From assembly GCA_008015505.1 (NCBI GenBank), contig SSFR01000004.1:15194-79193 (forward strand): a stretch of 64,000 bases of DNA. The letters are read 5' to 3'. Shown piece by piece: positions 30,247 through 41,021 of this stretch (the stretch's first letter is position 1; every line of letters starts with the position of its first letter). The translations under genes and the position numbers were made by a program. Source of the stretch: Pedobacter sp. (GTDB lineage: Bacteria > Bacteroidota > Bacteroidia > Sphingobacteriales > Sphingobacteriaceae). The notes under the pieces were generated by a model. That model did no database searches. It saw only the letters and a program-made list of their open reading frames with translations, and had not been told where the DNA came from.

Positions 30247-30972
30247 CTATTTCAATTTCCCTTCTTCTTTTAAATGCTTGATCTGACCAATCAATTCCAT
30301 CACTTCGAAGGCATCATTCAAGTGATAATTCCCATTTCGTGTGCGTACTAGCCTTGAAAGATAAGCACCATTATTCAATGCTTTACCAAAATCATGAACC
30401 AACGAACGAATATAGGTCCCTTTACTACATTGCACTTGAAAATCTAATTCTGGTAAATCGATCCGTGTGATATCAAATGCAGCAATGTTAATCTGGCGTA
30501 CTTTTAGCTCAACCTCTTCACCTCGTCTAGCCTTGACATACAAGCGCTCCCCATTCATCTTTACTGCTGAATGTGCAGGTGGATACTGCTCTAGCTGGCC
30601 AATAAACTGCCTGACAGTTTCCTTGATCTGGCTTTGAGTAATGGTACTGATATTGAAAATCTGATCTATTTCCGTTTCTAAATCATAAGACGGAGTAGTT
30701 GCCCCAAGCATTATCGTCCCTGTATATTCTTTCTCCTGCGCCTGAAACTCATCTATTCGCTTGGTGAGTTTCCCCGTACAAATCAACAATAAACCCGTAG
30801 CCAATGGATCTAGTGTTCCGGCATGACCTACTTTGATTTTTAAAGGCTTAAGTGCATTCCGAATTTTACCAACAACATCAAAACTAGTCCACCGATAAGG
30901 CTTGTTGACTAGCAGAAGCTCCCCTTCAGAAAAATTAAAATCGATTTTTTTTAATACTTGTTCATCCATCAA
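30247..30972 (-). CDS. truB: tRNA pseudouridine(55) synthase
   Basis: NKPYRWTSFDVV, KVGHAGTLDPLATG and CSKGTYIRSL motifs. Confidence 0.97.
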   Translation of the reverse strand: MMDEQVLKKIDFNFSEGELLLVNKPYRWTSFDVVGKIRNALKPLKIKVGHAGTLDPLATGLLLICTGKLTKRIDEFQAQEKEYTGTIMLGATTPSYDLETEIDQIFNISTITQSQIKETVRQFIGQLEQYPPAHSAVKMNGERLYVKARRGEEVELKVRQINIAAFDITRIDLPELDFQVQCSKGTYIRSLVHDFGKALNNGAYLSRLVRTRNGNYHLNDAFEVMELIGQIKHLKEEGKLK

Positions 30973-31001
30973 ATCACAAAACCTCCAAAAAGAACGCCCC
31001 T

Positions 31002-31244
31002 TTATTCGGATCGTTTAGGGGTACAAAGAATGGCGAAAAATCCAATAGCAAACCCCAGTAATACAGCTATAGGTGCCAGAACTATTTTCCGGAAATCGTA
31101 AATATCTGTATCTCCCATCATGAGAATAAAACCCAAAATAACTACACCAATACTAATCAACATCAAACGGTAATTATTTTTTCCAAATACGAATGGCTTT
31201 GCATTTACCTTCGTTTCAGTGCTCGAACTGCTCTTTTTAGCCAT
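31002..31244 (-). CDS. Small 2-TM protein (DUF3098-like) coupled to ftsX
   Basis: FVFGKNNY..M.G...F...LAP pattern; overlaps the ftsX stop by 1 nt. Confidence 0.8.
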   Translation of the reverse strand: MAKKSSSSTETKVNAKPFVFGKNNYRLMLISIGVVILGFILMMGDTDIYDFRKIVLAPIAVLLGFAIGFFAILCTPKRSE

Positions 31245-32122
31245 TATCTGTATAGATCATAAATTTGTAGGCGAAGATACTTACTTACTGCAAAATAAGT
31301 ACTCAGCACCGAAATCAAAATACCAAGCCCGATATCAATTGCCAACACCACAGCAAACTCTATCCAATTACTCAACATAGCTATTTCAGGAATCTGCTGC
31401 TGTACAACATATAAGCCCAAACACAATAAAATAACTGCAATAATACCTGCTAATAACCCATGTAACACACTCGACTTTATAAAGGGAATTCGAATAAAAC
31501 CTTTAGTTGCCCCTACCAACTGCATACTCTTAATTAAAAAGCGCTGCGAATGAATGGCCAAACGAATGGTATTATTAATCAACGCAACCGAAACAACAAG
31601 CAAAACAAGCGCAAAACCTAAAATAATCAGACTAATTTTCCGAATATTTTGATCAACCATATCCATTAATGAGGGCTGATAAATCACTTCTTTAACTAAG
31701 GGGTTCTTCATCAACTGAGCAGAAAGCAACTTTATACTATCGTTGTTGGCATAGCCAGCATTCATGTACACATCCAGCGATGAAAGTAAAGGGTTATAAC
31801 CCAAAAATTCCACAAAGTCTTCGCCTAAATCTTTCGCCAGCTGACGTGCTGCCTCCTCTTTACTAACATACTTCGTTTTCAAAACTGCGGGATTAGCATT
31901 GATTTGATGTTGCAAAGCAAAAACGTCTTCTTCTTTAACCATATCACTCATCATGACATTTAAGACCATATTTTCCTTTACATGGCTTGATAATCTTTGC
32001 GCATGAACCAAAATTAAACCTAACAATCCAGCCAACAATAGCACCAAAGTGATACTAATGACAGTCGAGATATAAATTGTTTTTGTTTTTTTTGAGGCTG
32101 CGCTCAGCTCAAATTCTTCCAT
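31244..32122 (-). CDS. ftsX: Cell division permease-like protein FtsX
   Basis: 4-TM layout with a periplasmic loop, YVSKEEA, LGYNPL, INNTIRL and MQLVGAT..FI. -7 box at 32163-32170. Confidence 0.92.
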   Translation of the reverse strand: MEEFELSAASKKTKTIYISTVISITLVLLLAGLLGLILVHAQRLSSHVKENMVLNVMMSDMVKEEDVFALQHQINANPAVLKTKYVSKEEAARQLAKDLGEDFVEFLGYNPLLSSLDVYMNAGYANNDSIKLLSAQLMKNPLVKEVIYQPSLMDMVDQNIRKISLIILGFALVLLVVSVALINNTIRLAIHSQRFLIKSMQLVGATKGFIRIPFIKSSVLHGLLAGIIAVILLCLGLYVVQQQIPEIAMLSNWIEFAVVLAIDIGLGILISVLSTYFAVSKYLRLQIYDLYR

Positions 32123-32261
32123 AACTAGAAAATTGATTGACGAAAATAAAAATTTCGGTCTACAAACTTACGAGGATTTTAGGTGAGCGCTTACCCGAAA
32201 AAAATAATAATTTTGACGGTCTAAATCTCTCTAAAATACCTCCATTATTTATTACCTCCAT

Positions 32262-33041
32262 ATGAAGCCCCTGCAAACAGCTGAACGAGTAGCTCACCAC
32301 GACCCGTCAGATCATGTTATTTATCAAAGATCCCTATTAGCTTACCAGGAAGCTGCTAAACGAATCCATGGGAAAGTGCTTGAAATTGGAACAGGAAGCG
32401 GCTATGGACTTGCATTAATCGCTGAACAGACAGATGAACTGGTGACCATCGACAAATACAAAGCTAGCTTTGATCTTCCTGATCACCTCACCGATAAAAT
32501 TCAATTCATCCAGATGAATGTCCCTCCACTAACAGGTATTCCGGATAAGGAATTTGATTGCGTAATTACATTTCAAGTCATTGAACATATTGACCAAGAT
32601 GAGGATTTTGTTAGTGAGATACATCGCGTTTTAAAAGATGGGGGAAAACTCATTGTCACCACACCAAACGCCAACATGTCACTGACTAGGAATCCTTGGC
32701 ACGTTAGAGAGTATACTGCCCAACAGCTCAAAATACTATTGCGTCGAAAGTTTCAATCTATTGAGACACTCGGTGTTTTTGGTCATTCAAAAGTGATGGA
32801 TTACTATTTAAAGAATAAAGAATCCGTCAAAAGAATAACTCGATTCGACATTTTCGATCTGCAACATCGCTTACCCAGACGATTTTTACAAATCCCCTAT
32901 GATCTGATGAACCGATTGAATCGGAGAAAGCTCCTTAAGCATAACCACGATCTGGTGCTAGATATTACCCACAAGGACCACTTTCTAAGTCAGGCTGATG
33001 ACAAATGTTTTGATCTTTTTTACGTAGCAACAAAACAGTAA
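32262..33041 (+). CDS. Class I SAM-dependent methyltransferase
   Basis: VLEIGTGSGYG, FQVIEHI, LKDGG..TTPN and NPWHVREYT motifs. -7 box TAATTTTG at 32208-32215. Confidence 0.9.
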   Translation: MKPLQTAERVAHHDPSDHVIYQRSLLAYQEAAKRIHGKVLEIGTGSGYGLALIAEQTDELVTIDKYKASFDLPDHLTDKIQFIQMNVPPLTGIPDKEFDCVITFQVIEHIDQDEDFVSEIHRVLKDGGKLIVTTPNANMSLTRNPWHVREYTAQQLKILLRRKFQSIETLGVFGHSKVMDYYLKNKESVKRITRFDIFDLQHRLPRRFLQIPYDLMNRLNRRKLLKHNHDLVLDITHKDHFLSQADDKCFDLFYVATKQ

Positions 33042-33060
33042 AAACCTAGATCTCAAATAT

Positions 33061-33651
33061 TCACAATCCCGTATTTGATCTAAAAAGCTTGATAGCAATT
33101 GCTAATAAAATAACTCCAAAAGCTTTCCGAAGAACATTAAGCCCAGCTTTCCCAAACAATTTTTCCAACCTGAAGGTATTTTTAAGCACGAAATAAACAA
33201 ATATCACATTGAGAATAATGCCTGCAATGATATCCTGCGTAGCATACTGAGACTTCAAAGATAAAACCGTTGTCAGTGTCCCCGAACCTGCAATTAGCGG
33301 AAAAGCCAATGGAACAATTGACACACTTTCAGGCATTTCTTCCTTAAAAAGATTAACGCCTAAAATCATTTCCATTGCAATGAAAAATATCACAAACGAA
33401 CCTGCAATGGCAAATGAAGACACATCTAGACCAATCACATCCAGTAGCTGCTCCCCAATAAATAAAAACAACACCATCAGCACCAATGAAGCAATGGAAG
33501 CCTTTCCAGACTGAATATGCCCCGCTTTATTCCGTAACGCAATAATAACAGGAATAGCCCCAAGAATATCGATAATCCCAAAAAGAATCATTGTTACCGA
33601 AAGTATCTCATTTAGATTGAACTTGAGATAAGACATCATACCATGAAACAA
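33061..33651 (-). CDS. MarC-family membrane protein
   Basis: IIDILGAIP, IVPLAFPLIAGSG and FGVILLAIAI motifs. -7 box at 33672-33679. Confidence 0.9.
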   Translation of the reverse strand: MFHGMMSYLKFNLNEILSVTMILFGIIDILGAIPVIIALRNKAGHIQSGKASIASLVLMVLFLFIGEQLLDVIGLDVSSFAIAGSFVIFFIAMEMILGVNLFKEEMPESVSIVPLAFPLIAGSGTLTTVLSLKSQYATQDIIAGIILNVIFVYFVLKNTFRLEKLFGKAGLNVLRKAFGVILLAIAIKLFRSNTGL

Positions 33652-33699
33652 CGCTAAAAAATTAATAAGGGCAAAGGTACATTTTTTCCCTCTCTGCTC

Positions 33700-35205
33700 T
33701 TATAAACCGCCCTGTTGTTTTCGCACAAGGCTATTCCGAATGCCGTAAATAAAATAAACAAGTAAGCCTACAGCCATCCAAATTAATAATCGTTCCCAAT
33801 TATGCCTCCCCAAACCATACATCATCACCACACAAACCACAATCCCCAATATCGGCACAACAGGCATAAAAGGTGTTTTAAAAGCCCGAGGACGAGCCGG
33901 ATCAGTCTTCCGCAAAATTAACACGCCTAGACATACCAAAGCAAAGGCAAACAACGTCCCAATACTAGTCATATCACCTATCACATCTCCAGGTATAAAA
34001 GCAGCAAATAGTCCTGCCAATACCATAAATACCAGATTAGATTGATAAGGGGTTTTAAAACGGGGATGTATGGTAGAAAATAGTTTGGGGATTAAACCGT
34101 CCTTAGACATGCTAAAAAACAACCTCGACTGACCCAATAACGTCATTAAAATCACGGAAGTAAAACCAGCCAAAATAGCTACCGTAATTGATATCGATAA
34201 CCATTGATGATTGTGCATATAGGTATTTATTACATAGGTTACCGAGGCTTCTTTTCCAGCCAAATCAAACTCTTTATAATTAGCAACCCCAGTCAATACA
34301 TAACCGAAGGACACATATAATAATGTACAAATCACTAACGAACCTAGGATACCTATAGGTAGATCTCGTTTCGGATTTTTACATTCCTGCGCTGTTGTCG
34401 AAAGAGCATCAAAGCCAATAAAAGCAAAAAAAACCACTCCTGCTGCACTAACAATTCCTCCCCAGCCAAATTTGCCAAACTCACCACTAGTAATATGATC
34501 CCAAAAACTAATCTCACCATTCATTAGCTTAATCTCACTCACATTTTGAGGAATGTATGGTATATGATTAGCAGGATTAATATAGCTCCAGCCAATGGCA
34601 ACAAAAGTGATTACTATAGCTAATTTAATAACAACCATAATCATATTTAATACAACTGATTCCTTCATTCCCCGTATCAGAAGCAAAGAAATGATCGTGA
34701 TAATCAATAAAGCTGGTAAGTTCATAACCCCTTGGATACCTTCTATAGAAGTCTGAAATGGGGAATGACACCAAGTATAAGGTATCACTAAACCAAACGT
34801 TTCCAGCAGTTTATTCAAGTATTCCGACCAAGCAATGGCAACAGCAGCGGAAGCCACTCCATACTCCAAAATTAAATCCCAGCCAACTATCCATGCAAGC
34901 ACCTCCCCCATGGTAGCATACGTATAGGTATAAGCACTCCCTGCAACAGGGATCATAGAAGCAAACTCAGCATAACATAAACCGGCTAATGCACAACCCA
35001 CTGCAGCTAAAATAAATCCTAAAGTCACCGCTGGACCAGCATGATCTGCTGCCGCTACAGCAGTTCGAACAAATAAACCTGCTCCAATAATACCTCCAAC
35101 CCCCAAAGCAATCAAATTCCCCGGACCAAGGGTGCGCCTAAGTGTATGCTCTCCACTTTCTGATGCTTCCAACAAAAGAGAATCTAAGGATTTTTTGAAT
35201 TTCAT
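33700..35205 (-). CDS. APC/CAT-type amino acid permease, array copy 1
   Basis: GGIIGAGLF (TM1), CYAEFAS.IP.AGSAYTY, LEYG, FFAFIGFDA and GQSRLFFSMSKDG motifs. Confidence 0.95.
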   Translation of the reverse strand: MKFKKSLDSLLLEASESGEHTLRRTLGPGNLIALGVGGIIGAGLFVRTAVAAADHAGPAVTLGFILAAVGCALAGLCYAEFASMIPVAGSAYTYTYATMGEVLAWIVGWDLILEYGVASAAVAIAWSEYLNKLLETFGLVIPYTWCHSPFQTSIEGIQGVMNLPALLIITIISLLLIRGMKESVVLNMIMVVIKLAIVITFVAIGWSYINPANHIPYIPQNVSEIKLMNGEISFWDHITSGEFGKFGWGGIVSAAGVVFFAFIGFDALSTTAQECKNPKRDLPIGILGSLVICTLLYVSFGYVLTGVANYKEFDLAGKEASVTYVINTYMHNHQWLSISITVAILAGFTSVILMTLLGQSRLFFSMSKDGLIPKLFSTIHPRFKTPYQSNLVFMVLAGLFAAFIPGDVIGDMTSIGTLFAFALVCLGVLILRKTDPARPRAFKTPFMPVVPILGIVVCVVMMYGLGRHNWERLLIWMAVGLLVYFIYGIRNSLVRKQQGGL

Positions 35206-35446
35206 GTTATAATAAGTTTATTTTACATTAAGAACACAAACGACATAATAAGTAGATTATTTTATTTGTTGGAAAACTTGCTTTAAACAGAACGGTCGCC
35301 ACTAAAGGGATAGTTTCTCAAAATAGGCAAAAAACAAACCTTGAAGAATCAAATAGTAATTGAAGGGGGATAATACACACATAAAGCTTCCAGACCATAA
35401 CTAGTCAAAGCCCCATCATTTAACAGACTCCCTATAAATCAAATAT

Positions 35447-35478
35447 AAAAGGCCCCAGAGTAACACCGAGGCCTTTTT
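35447..35478 (-). terminator. Intrinsic terminator after permease copy 2
   Basis: aaaaggcc...ggccttttt. Confidence 0.55.
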
Positions 35479-35507
35479 AGAATAAACAAATACACTATCT
35501 ACTCACC

Positions 35508-37010
35508 CTATTGTTTAGCCTTTTTTCGGATGACACTATTCCGAATGCTATAAGAGAAATAAATTACAAAGCCTATAGCCATCCAAATAAATAATCGTTC
35601 CCAGTTATTGACTCCTAATCCAAGCATCATCGCTACACATACCACAATTCCAAGTATAGGGACTAAAGGCACAAAGGGAATCTTAAAAGAACGTGGACGA
35701 TCTGGATCCGTTTTACGAAGAATAAGCACTCCCAAGCAAACCAATGTAAAGGCAAATAAGGTACCAATACTAGTCATATCGCCCACTATATCCCCAGGTA
35801 CAAATGCAGAAAACAATCCAGCCAACAAAAGAAAAATTAAATTTGATTTATATGGGGTCTTAAAGCGAGGATGCAAATCCGAGAATATTTTAGGCACCAA
35901 GCCATCTCTTGACATACTAAAAAACAATCTTGATTGTCCCCAAAGCATCACCAATATGCCCGAAGTAAAACCAGCCAAAATAGCAACAGTCACTGCGATA
36001 GATAACCAATGATAGCCATACATATAGGTATCAATTGCATAGGCTACGGATGCTTCCTTTCCTACTGTCTCAAACTCTCTATAATTAGCTACTCCAGTAA
36101 GCACATGACCAAAAAGCACATAAAGTAACGTACAAATACCCAATGAAGCCAGTATACCAATAGGTAGATCTCGCTTAGGATTCCGACATTCTTGAGCAGT
36201 TGTTGAAATGGCATCAAATCCAATAAAAGCCATAAATACCACCCCCGCTGCACTAATTACTCCACCCCAACCAAATTTTCCAAAATTACCACTCACTAAA
36301 TGATCCCAAATACCAATTTCTCCACTCATCAGCTTTATTTCACTTTCATTTGGGGGAATATATGGCGTATGATTGATCGGATTGATGTAGCTCCATCCAA
36401 TCGCAATGAATGCTAACACCACAGCCACTTTCAAAATAACCATGAACATATTAACCCTAGCTGACTCCTGCGTCCCACGAATTAAAACCATAGTTAACAC
36501 AGCCATAATCAATAACGCCGGAAGATTAATAATTCCCTGCACACCTTCAAGTGATGTCTGGAAAGGAGAATGGCAAAATTCATAAGGAATACTCACCTCA
36601 AAGACTTCTAACAACTTATTTAAGTACTCTGACCAAGCTATAGCCACCACAGAAGCACCCAAAGCATATTCTAAAACAAGATCCCACCCAATTACCCAAG
36701 CTACAGTTTCTCCCATTGTTGCATAAGTATAGGTATAAGCGCTCCCAGAAATTGGAATCATAGAAGCAAATTCAGCATAGCATAAACCGGCTAATGCACA
36801 ACCTATCGCAGCTAGAATAAATCCTAAAGTCACCGCTGGGCCAGCATGCTCCGAAGCTGCAGCAGCCGTCCGAACAAATAAACCTGCACCAATAATGGCT
36901 CCAATTCCAAGCGCAATTAAATTCCAAGGTCCCAAGGTTCGCTTAAGTGTATGTTCCCCACCCTCCGAAGCTTCCAATAAAAGCTGATCTATAGATTTTC
37001 TAAATCTCAT
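35508..37010 (-). CDS. APC/CAT-type amino acid permease, array copy 2
   Basis: Same motifs as copy 1. ATG 37010 (MRFRKS) matches the paralog starts; -7 box at 37058-37065. Confidence 0.95.
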   Translation of the reverse strand: MRFRKSIDQLLLEASEGGEHTLKRTLGPWNLIALGIGAIIGAGLFVRTAAAASEHAGPAVTLGFILAAIGCALAGLCYAEFASMIPISGSAYTYTYATMGETVAWVIGWDLVLEYALGASVVAIAWSEYLNKLLEVFEVSIPYEFCHSPFQTSLEGVQGIINLPALLIMAVLTMVLIRGTQESARVNMFMVILKVAVVLAFIAIGWSYINPINHTPYIPPNESEIKLMSGEIGIWDHLVSGNFGKFGWGGVISAAGVVFMAFIGFDAISTTAQECRNPKRDLPIGILASLGICTLLYVLFGHVLTGVANYREFETVGKEASVAYAIDTYMYGYHWLSIAVTVAILAGFTSGILVMLWGQSRLFFSMSRDGLVPKIFSDLHPRFKTPYKSNLIFLLLAGLFSAFVPGDIVGDMTSIGTLFAFTLVCLGVLILRKTDPDRPRSFKIPFVPLVPILGIVVCVAMMLGLGVNNWERLFIWMAIGFVIYFSYSIRNSVIRKKAKQ

Positions 37011-37195
37011 ATTACCTTTCAATCGATTTTTTAATAGAATTATAATAAGCGAGCCGGCAAACTTAATATTTTACTTGAAATAAAATATTGTATTTTGATT
37101 AATAACAAAACACAAGCTTCATTCATCAATAAAAAAGTTTTATATAGCAACTCTGACTTCTTTTTTATTACACAAATGGCACAAAATTCCTACTA

Positions 37196-38698
37196 TTATT
37201 TGCGCTGCGATTTACGTATCACACTATTCCTCATCCCATAGCTCAGATAAAGCACTAAACCAATAGCAGTCCAAGAGAATAATTGTATCCAGCTGTCTCG
37301 GCCCAAACCAAGCATCATAACCACACACACAATAATTCCTAATATAGGTACAAATGGCATAAATGGTGTTTTAAAAGGACGATGACGATTCGGATCTGTT
37401 TTACGTAGAATCAGTATTCCTAAACAAACCAACGTGAAAGCAAATAGTGCTCCAATACTGGTCATCTTACCCACCACATCAACAGGAATAACTGCAGCAA
37501 CAATTCCAATGAAGGCAAGAAATATTAAGTTAGATTTATAAGGAGTCTTAAATCTAGGATGTAAATCTGAAAACACTTTTGGTATAAGCCCATCTTGGGA
37601 CATCGTATAAAATACACGAGACTGACCCAATAGCATCACTAAAATAACCGAAGTAAAACCAGCTAAAATAGCCACAGTAATCAGCATAGATAACCATTGA
37701 TAATTTTGCATATACGTTTCAATTGCATAAACTACCGATGCCTCCTGACCCACTGTTGCAAATTCTTTATAATTAGCTACTCCAGTAAGTACATGACCAA
37801 ATAAAACATACAAGATCGTACAGATAACTAATGCACCTAGTATCGCAATGGGCATATCCTTACTTGGGTTCTTAGCTTCCTGCGCAGCTGTTGAAACTGC
37901 ATCAAATCCATTGAAAGCAAAAAAGACAACCCCTGCTGCACAAACAATTCCGCCCCATCCGAACTTACCAAAATCACCACTTGTTAAATAAGCCCAAAGG
38001 TCCATTTCTCCGCTGAACACTTTAGCTTCGCCCATATTTTCTGGGATATATGGCGTATGATTCATCGGATTGATAAACGTCCATCCAATGAGGATGAATG
38101 TGATAACAATAGCTACCTTCACCACAACCATGAGATTGTTTAAGGTCACCGATTCACTAATGCCACGTACTAACAGCAAAGAAACAATCGCTACAATAGC
38201 TAAAGCTGGTAAATTGGCAATACCATGTACCCCATCGACCGAAACCTGAAAAGGTGAATGACAAAATTCATAAGGAATGATAACCCCAAATTTCTCAATG
38301 AACTTATTAAAATACTCAGACCACGAAATAGCTACTGTTGCAGCAGAAACTCCATATTCCAGCACCAAATCCCAACCAACAATCCAAGCAACAACTTCAC
38401 CCATAGTGGCATAAGTATAAGTATAAGCACTTCCCGCAACAGGAATCATAGAGGCAAACTCGGCATAACATAATCCCGCCAATGCACAACCACTAGCTGC
38501 CAAAATAAAACCAAGTGTTACAGCCGGACCCACGTTTTCAGCTGCCGCTCGCGCTGTTTGTACAAATAAACCTGCTCCAATAATGGCCCCAACGCCCAAT
38601 GTAATCAGATTCCAAAGACCCAATGTGCGCTTAAGGGTGTGCTCTCCACTTTCCGAAGCCTCCAATAGAAGGAGATCCAGGGATTTTCTAAATTTCAT
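37196..38698 (-). CDS. APC/CAT-type amino acid permease, array copy 3
   Basis: Same motifs, with variants FAFNGFD and GKMTSIGAL. -7 box TATGTTTG at 38751-38758. Confidence 0.95.
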   Translation of the reverse strand: MKFRKSLDLLLLEASESGEHTLKRTLGLWNLITLGVGAIIGAGLFVQTARAAAENVGPAVTLGFILAASGCALAGLCYAEFASMIPVAGSAYTYTYATMGEVVAWIVGWDLVLEYGVSAATVAISWSEYFNKFIEKFGVIIPYEFCHSPFQVSVDGVHGIANLPALAIVAIVSLLLVRGISESVTLNNLMVVVKVAIVITFILIGWTFINPMNHTPYIPENMGEAKVFSGEMDLWAYLTSGDFGKFGWGGIVCAAGVVFFAFNGFDAVSTAAQEAKNPSKDMPIAILGALVICTILYVLFGHVLTGVANYKEFATVGQEASVVYAIETYMQNYQWLSMLITVAILAGFTSVILVMLLGQSRVFYTMSQDGLIPKVFSDLHPRFKTPYKSNLIFLAFIGIVAAVIPVDVVGKMTSIGALFAFTLVCLGILILRKTDPNRHRPFKTPFMPFVPILGIIVCVVMMLGLGRDSWIQLFSWTAIGLVLYLSYGMRNSVIRKSQRK

Positions 38699-39130
38699 AC
38701 TGCTTTTTAGTCTGTTTGAATGATATAATTCGTTAAAATAACGTAAAAAACAAACATATACTATTATTAGTTATAATGCAAAAAATATATACACACTAAG
38801 CCCTCATTATTCCTAAGTGGAACATCATTCTACCATACTCAAAAGAATATGTCAGTTTTCGATAGATAAATAAGTTTTTTGATTTCTGGAACCCCTATTA
38901 GAAACACACACTTTATCTTAATTTACCAGAATAAAAGATTTTTATTTTTTATCAAAAATAAAACATAATTTAATTATTTTATTAATTTTTAAAAGAAAAC
39001 AATGAGGGGTATTTCTAGTCCAGTATTATAAAACCTTTTAAATAAACTTAAAAAGGATTTCCCCCATAACTAGATTCTTCTGGTACACTCAAAAACTACC
39101 AAAAAGCACTGTGGTTTTATTTATTGCAAA

Positions 39131-40639
39131 TCATTTGTCTGCAATTTGGTTTTTCCTAATAACACTATTCCTAACTCCATAAGTGAGATAAATTATCAAA
39201 CCAATACCCATCCAAATCAATAAGCGTTCCCAACTTGGCTTACCTAATCCAATCATCATGATCACACACACGATAACCCCAAAAATGGACACAAATGGCA
39301 TCAACGGTGTTTTAAAAGGACGATGACGATTCGGATCAGTGATACGCAAAATAAGTACCCCCAAACAAACCAACATAAAGGCAAATAACGTACCAATACT
39401 AGTCATATCACCTACGACATGAGCCGGTACAAACGCAGCAGACAAACCTGAAAAAGCAAGAAATATTAAATTCGATTTATATGGGGTCTTAAATCGAGGA
39501 TGTAGTACAGAAAATATTTTTGGCACAAGCCCATCCTTAGACATGGCATAAAATACCCGAGACTGCGCAAGCAATGTCACCAAAATCACTGAGGTAAATC
39601 CAGCCAAAATAGCCACAGTGATTAAAATCGAAAGCCACCGATAACCTTGCATGTAGCTTTCAATAACATAAGATACTGATGCCTCCTTACCAGCACCCGC
39701 AAATTCTCTATAATTAGCCACACCAGTTAATACGTGGCCAAAGAGAATGTACAAAACCGTGCAGATAAGTAAGGAAGCCAAAATACCAATGGGCATGTCC
39801 TTAGCCGGATTTTTGGACTCTTGAGCAACAGTAGAAACAGCATCAAAACCAAGGAAAGCAAAAAATACAATCCCCGCAGCACTAATAATACCACTCCATC
39901 CAAATTTACCAAAATCATCCCCCCTAATAAAATCCCAAAAACCAATCTTCCCCGACATTAATTTCATCTCTCCCATATTCTGAGGAATATACGGATCATA
40001 ATTTACTGGATTTACAAACCCCCACCCAATAGCAATAAATGCAATCACGATAGCTACTTTTAGAATGACCATGACACCATTTAGTGCTACAGATTGTTTA
40101 GTCCCGCGAATCAGCACTAAAGAAATCAACACAATGATAAAAAGCGCTGGAAGATTTATAATTCCCGATATCCCATCAGCTGAATTTTGAAAGGGCGAAT
40201 GACACCACACATAGGGTATCACTAAACCAAAAGTTTCAAGTAATTTATTCAGATATTCCGACCAAGCAATGGAAACAGCCGAAGCAGCTACACTGTATTC
40301 CAAAACCAAATCCCAACCAACTATCCAGGCTAGAGTTTCTCCCATAGTCGCATAGGTATAGGTATAGGCGCTCCCCGCAATAGGAATCATCGAAGCAAAC
40401 TCAGCATAGCATAGACCTGCTAATGCACATCCAATAGCTGCTAAAATAAAGCCCAAAGTCACAGCTGGCCCCGCATGTTCTGCAGCCGCTCGTGCTGTTT
40501 GCACAAACAAACCCGCCCCAATAATAGCCCCAACCCCCAGCGCAACTAAATTCCCAGGACCTAATGTACGTTTCAAGGTCTGCTCCCCACTTGTTGAAGC
40601 CTCTAGCAAAAGAACATCCAGGGGTTTTTTAAATCTCAT
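39131..40639 (-). CDS. APC/CAT-type amino acid permease, array copy 4
   Basis: Same motifs, with variants FAFLGFD and LVTLLAQSR. -7 box at 40689-40696. Confidence 0.95.
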   Translation of the reverse strand: MRFKKPLDVLLLEASTSGEQTLKRTLGPGNLVALGVGAIIGAGLFVQTARAAAEHAGPAVTLGFILAAIGCALAGLCYAEFASMIPIAGSAYTYTYATMGETLAWIVGWDLVLEYSVAASAVSIAWSEYLNKLLETFGLVIPYVWCHSPFQNSADGISGIINLPALFIIVLISLVLIRGTKQSVALNGVMVILKVAIVIAFIAIGWGFVNPVNYDPYIPQNMGEMKLMSGKIGFWDFIRGDDFGKFGWSGIISAAGIVFFAFLGFDAVSTVAQESKNPAKDMPIGILASLLICTVLYILFGHVLTGVANYREFAGAGKEASVSYVIESYMQGYRWLSILITVAILAGFTSVILVTLLAQSRVFYAMSKDGLVPKIFSVLHPRFKTPYKSNLIFLAFSGLSAAFVPAHVVGDMTSIGTLFAFMLVCLGVLILRITDPNRHRPFKTPLMPFVSIFGVIVCVIMMIGLGKPSWERLLIWMGIGLIIYLTYGVRNSVIRKNQIADK

Positions 40640-40781
40640 ATTTCTTCAATCCGTTTTTACATCTATCCTTATTAGGAAACACAAACGGCAAACTTATATT
40701 ATTTTATCCAGATAATTGATGAAAAAATGGAGAGATCGTAAGAATTTTAGCTCAAAAAAGGGTTATATCATTTCTGATCAC

Positions 40782-40927
40782 AAGCCTTCCTGAGGTTTAT
40801 TTTATGAAACTATTACCAGTTATTTTCTACCGAGATGAGGCAGATTCTGAAAACGTAACGGGGGCAGCTATGATAAAAAACCTAACGGAGTTGCAACAAA
40901 AAAATAAAATAAACTTTAGACCGGCCC
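40782..40927. mobile_element. MITE copy 4, degenerate
   Basis: gtttattttatgaaactatt..gagatgaggcagatt..ctaacggagttgca..aaataaactttagaccggccc followed by TTA; the left end is eroded. Confidence 0.7.
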
Positions 40928-40938
40928 TTAGCCAAAGA

Positions 40939-40976
40939 TTCCCCTTATTTGAGATGGTCACCTCAAATAAGGGGAA
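40939..40976. terminator. Perfect 15-bp hairpin, likely the terminator of the OYE gene
   Basis: ttccccttatttgag-atggtcac-ctcaaataaggggaa. Confidence 0.7.
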
Positions 40977-41021
40977 ATGAAAGTATAAACTCAAAAGCGT
41001 TATACGTTATAAAAGACTCGA

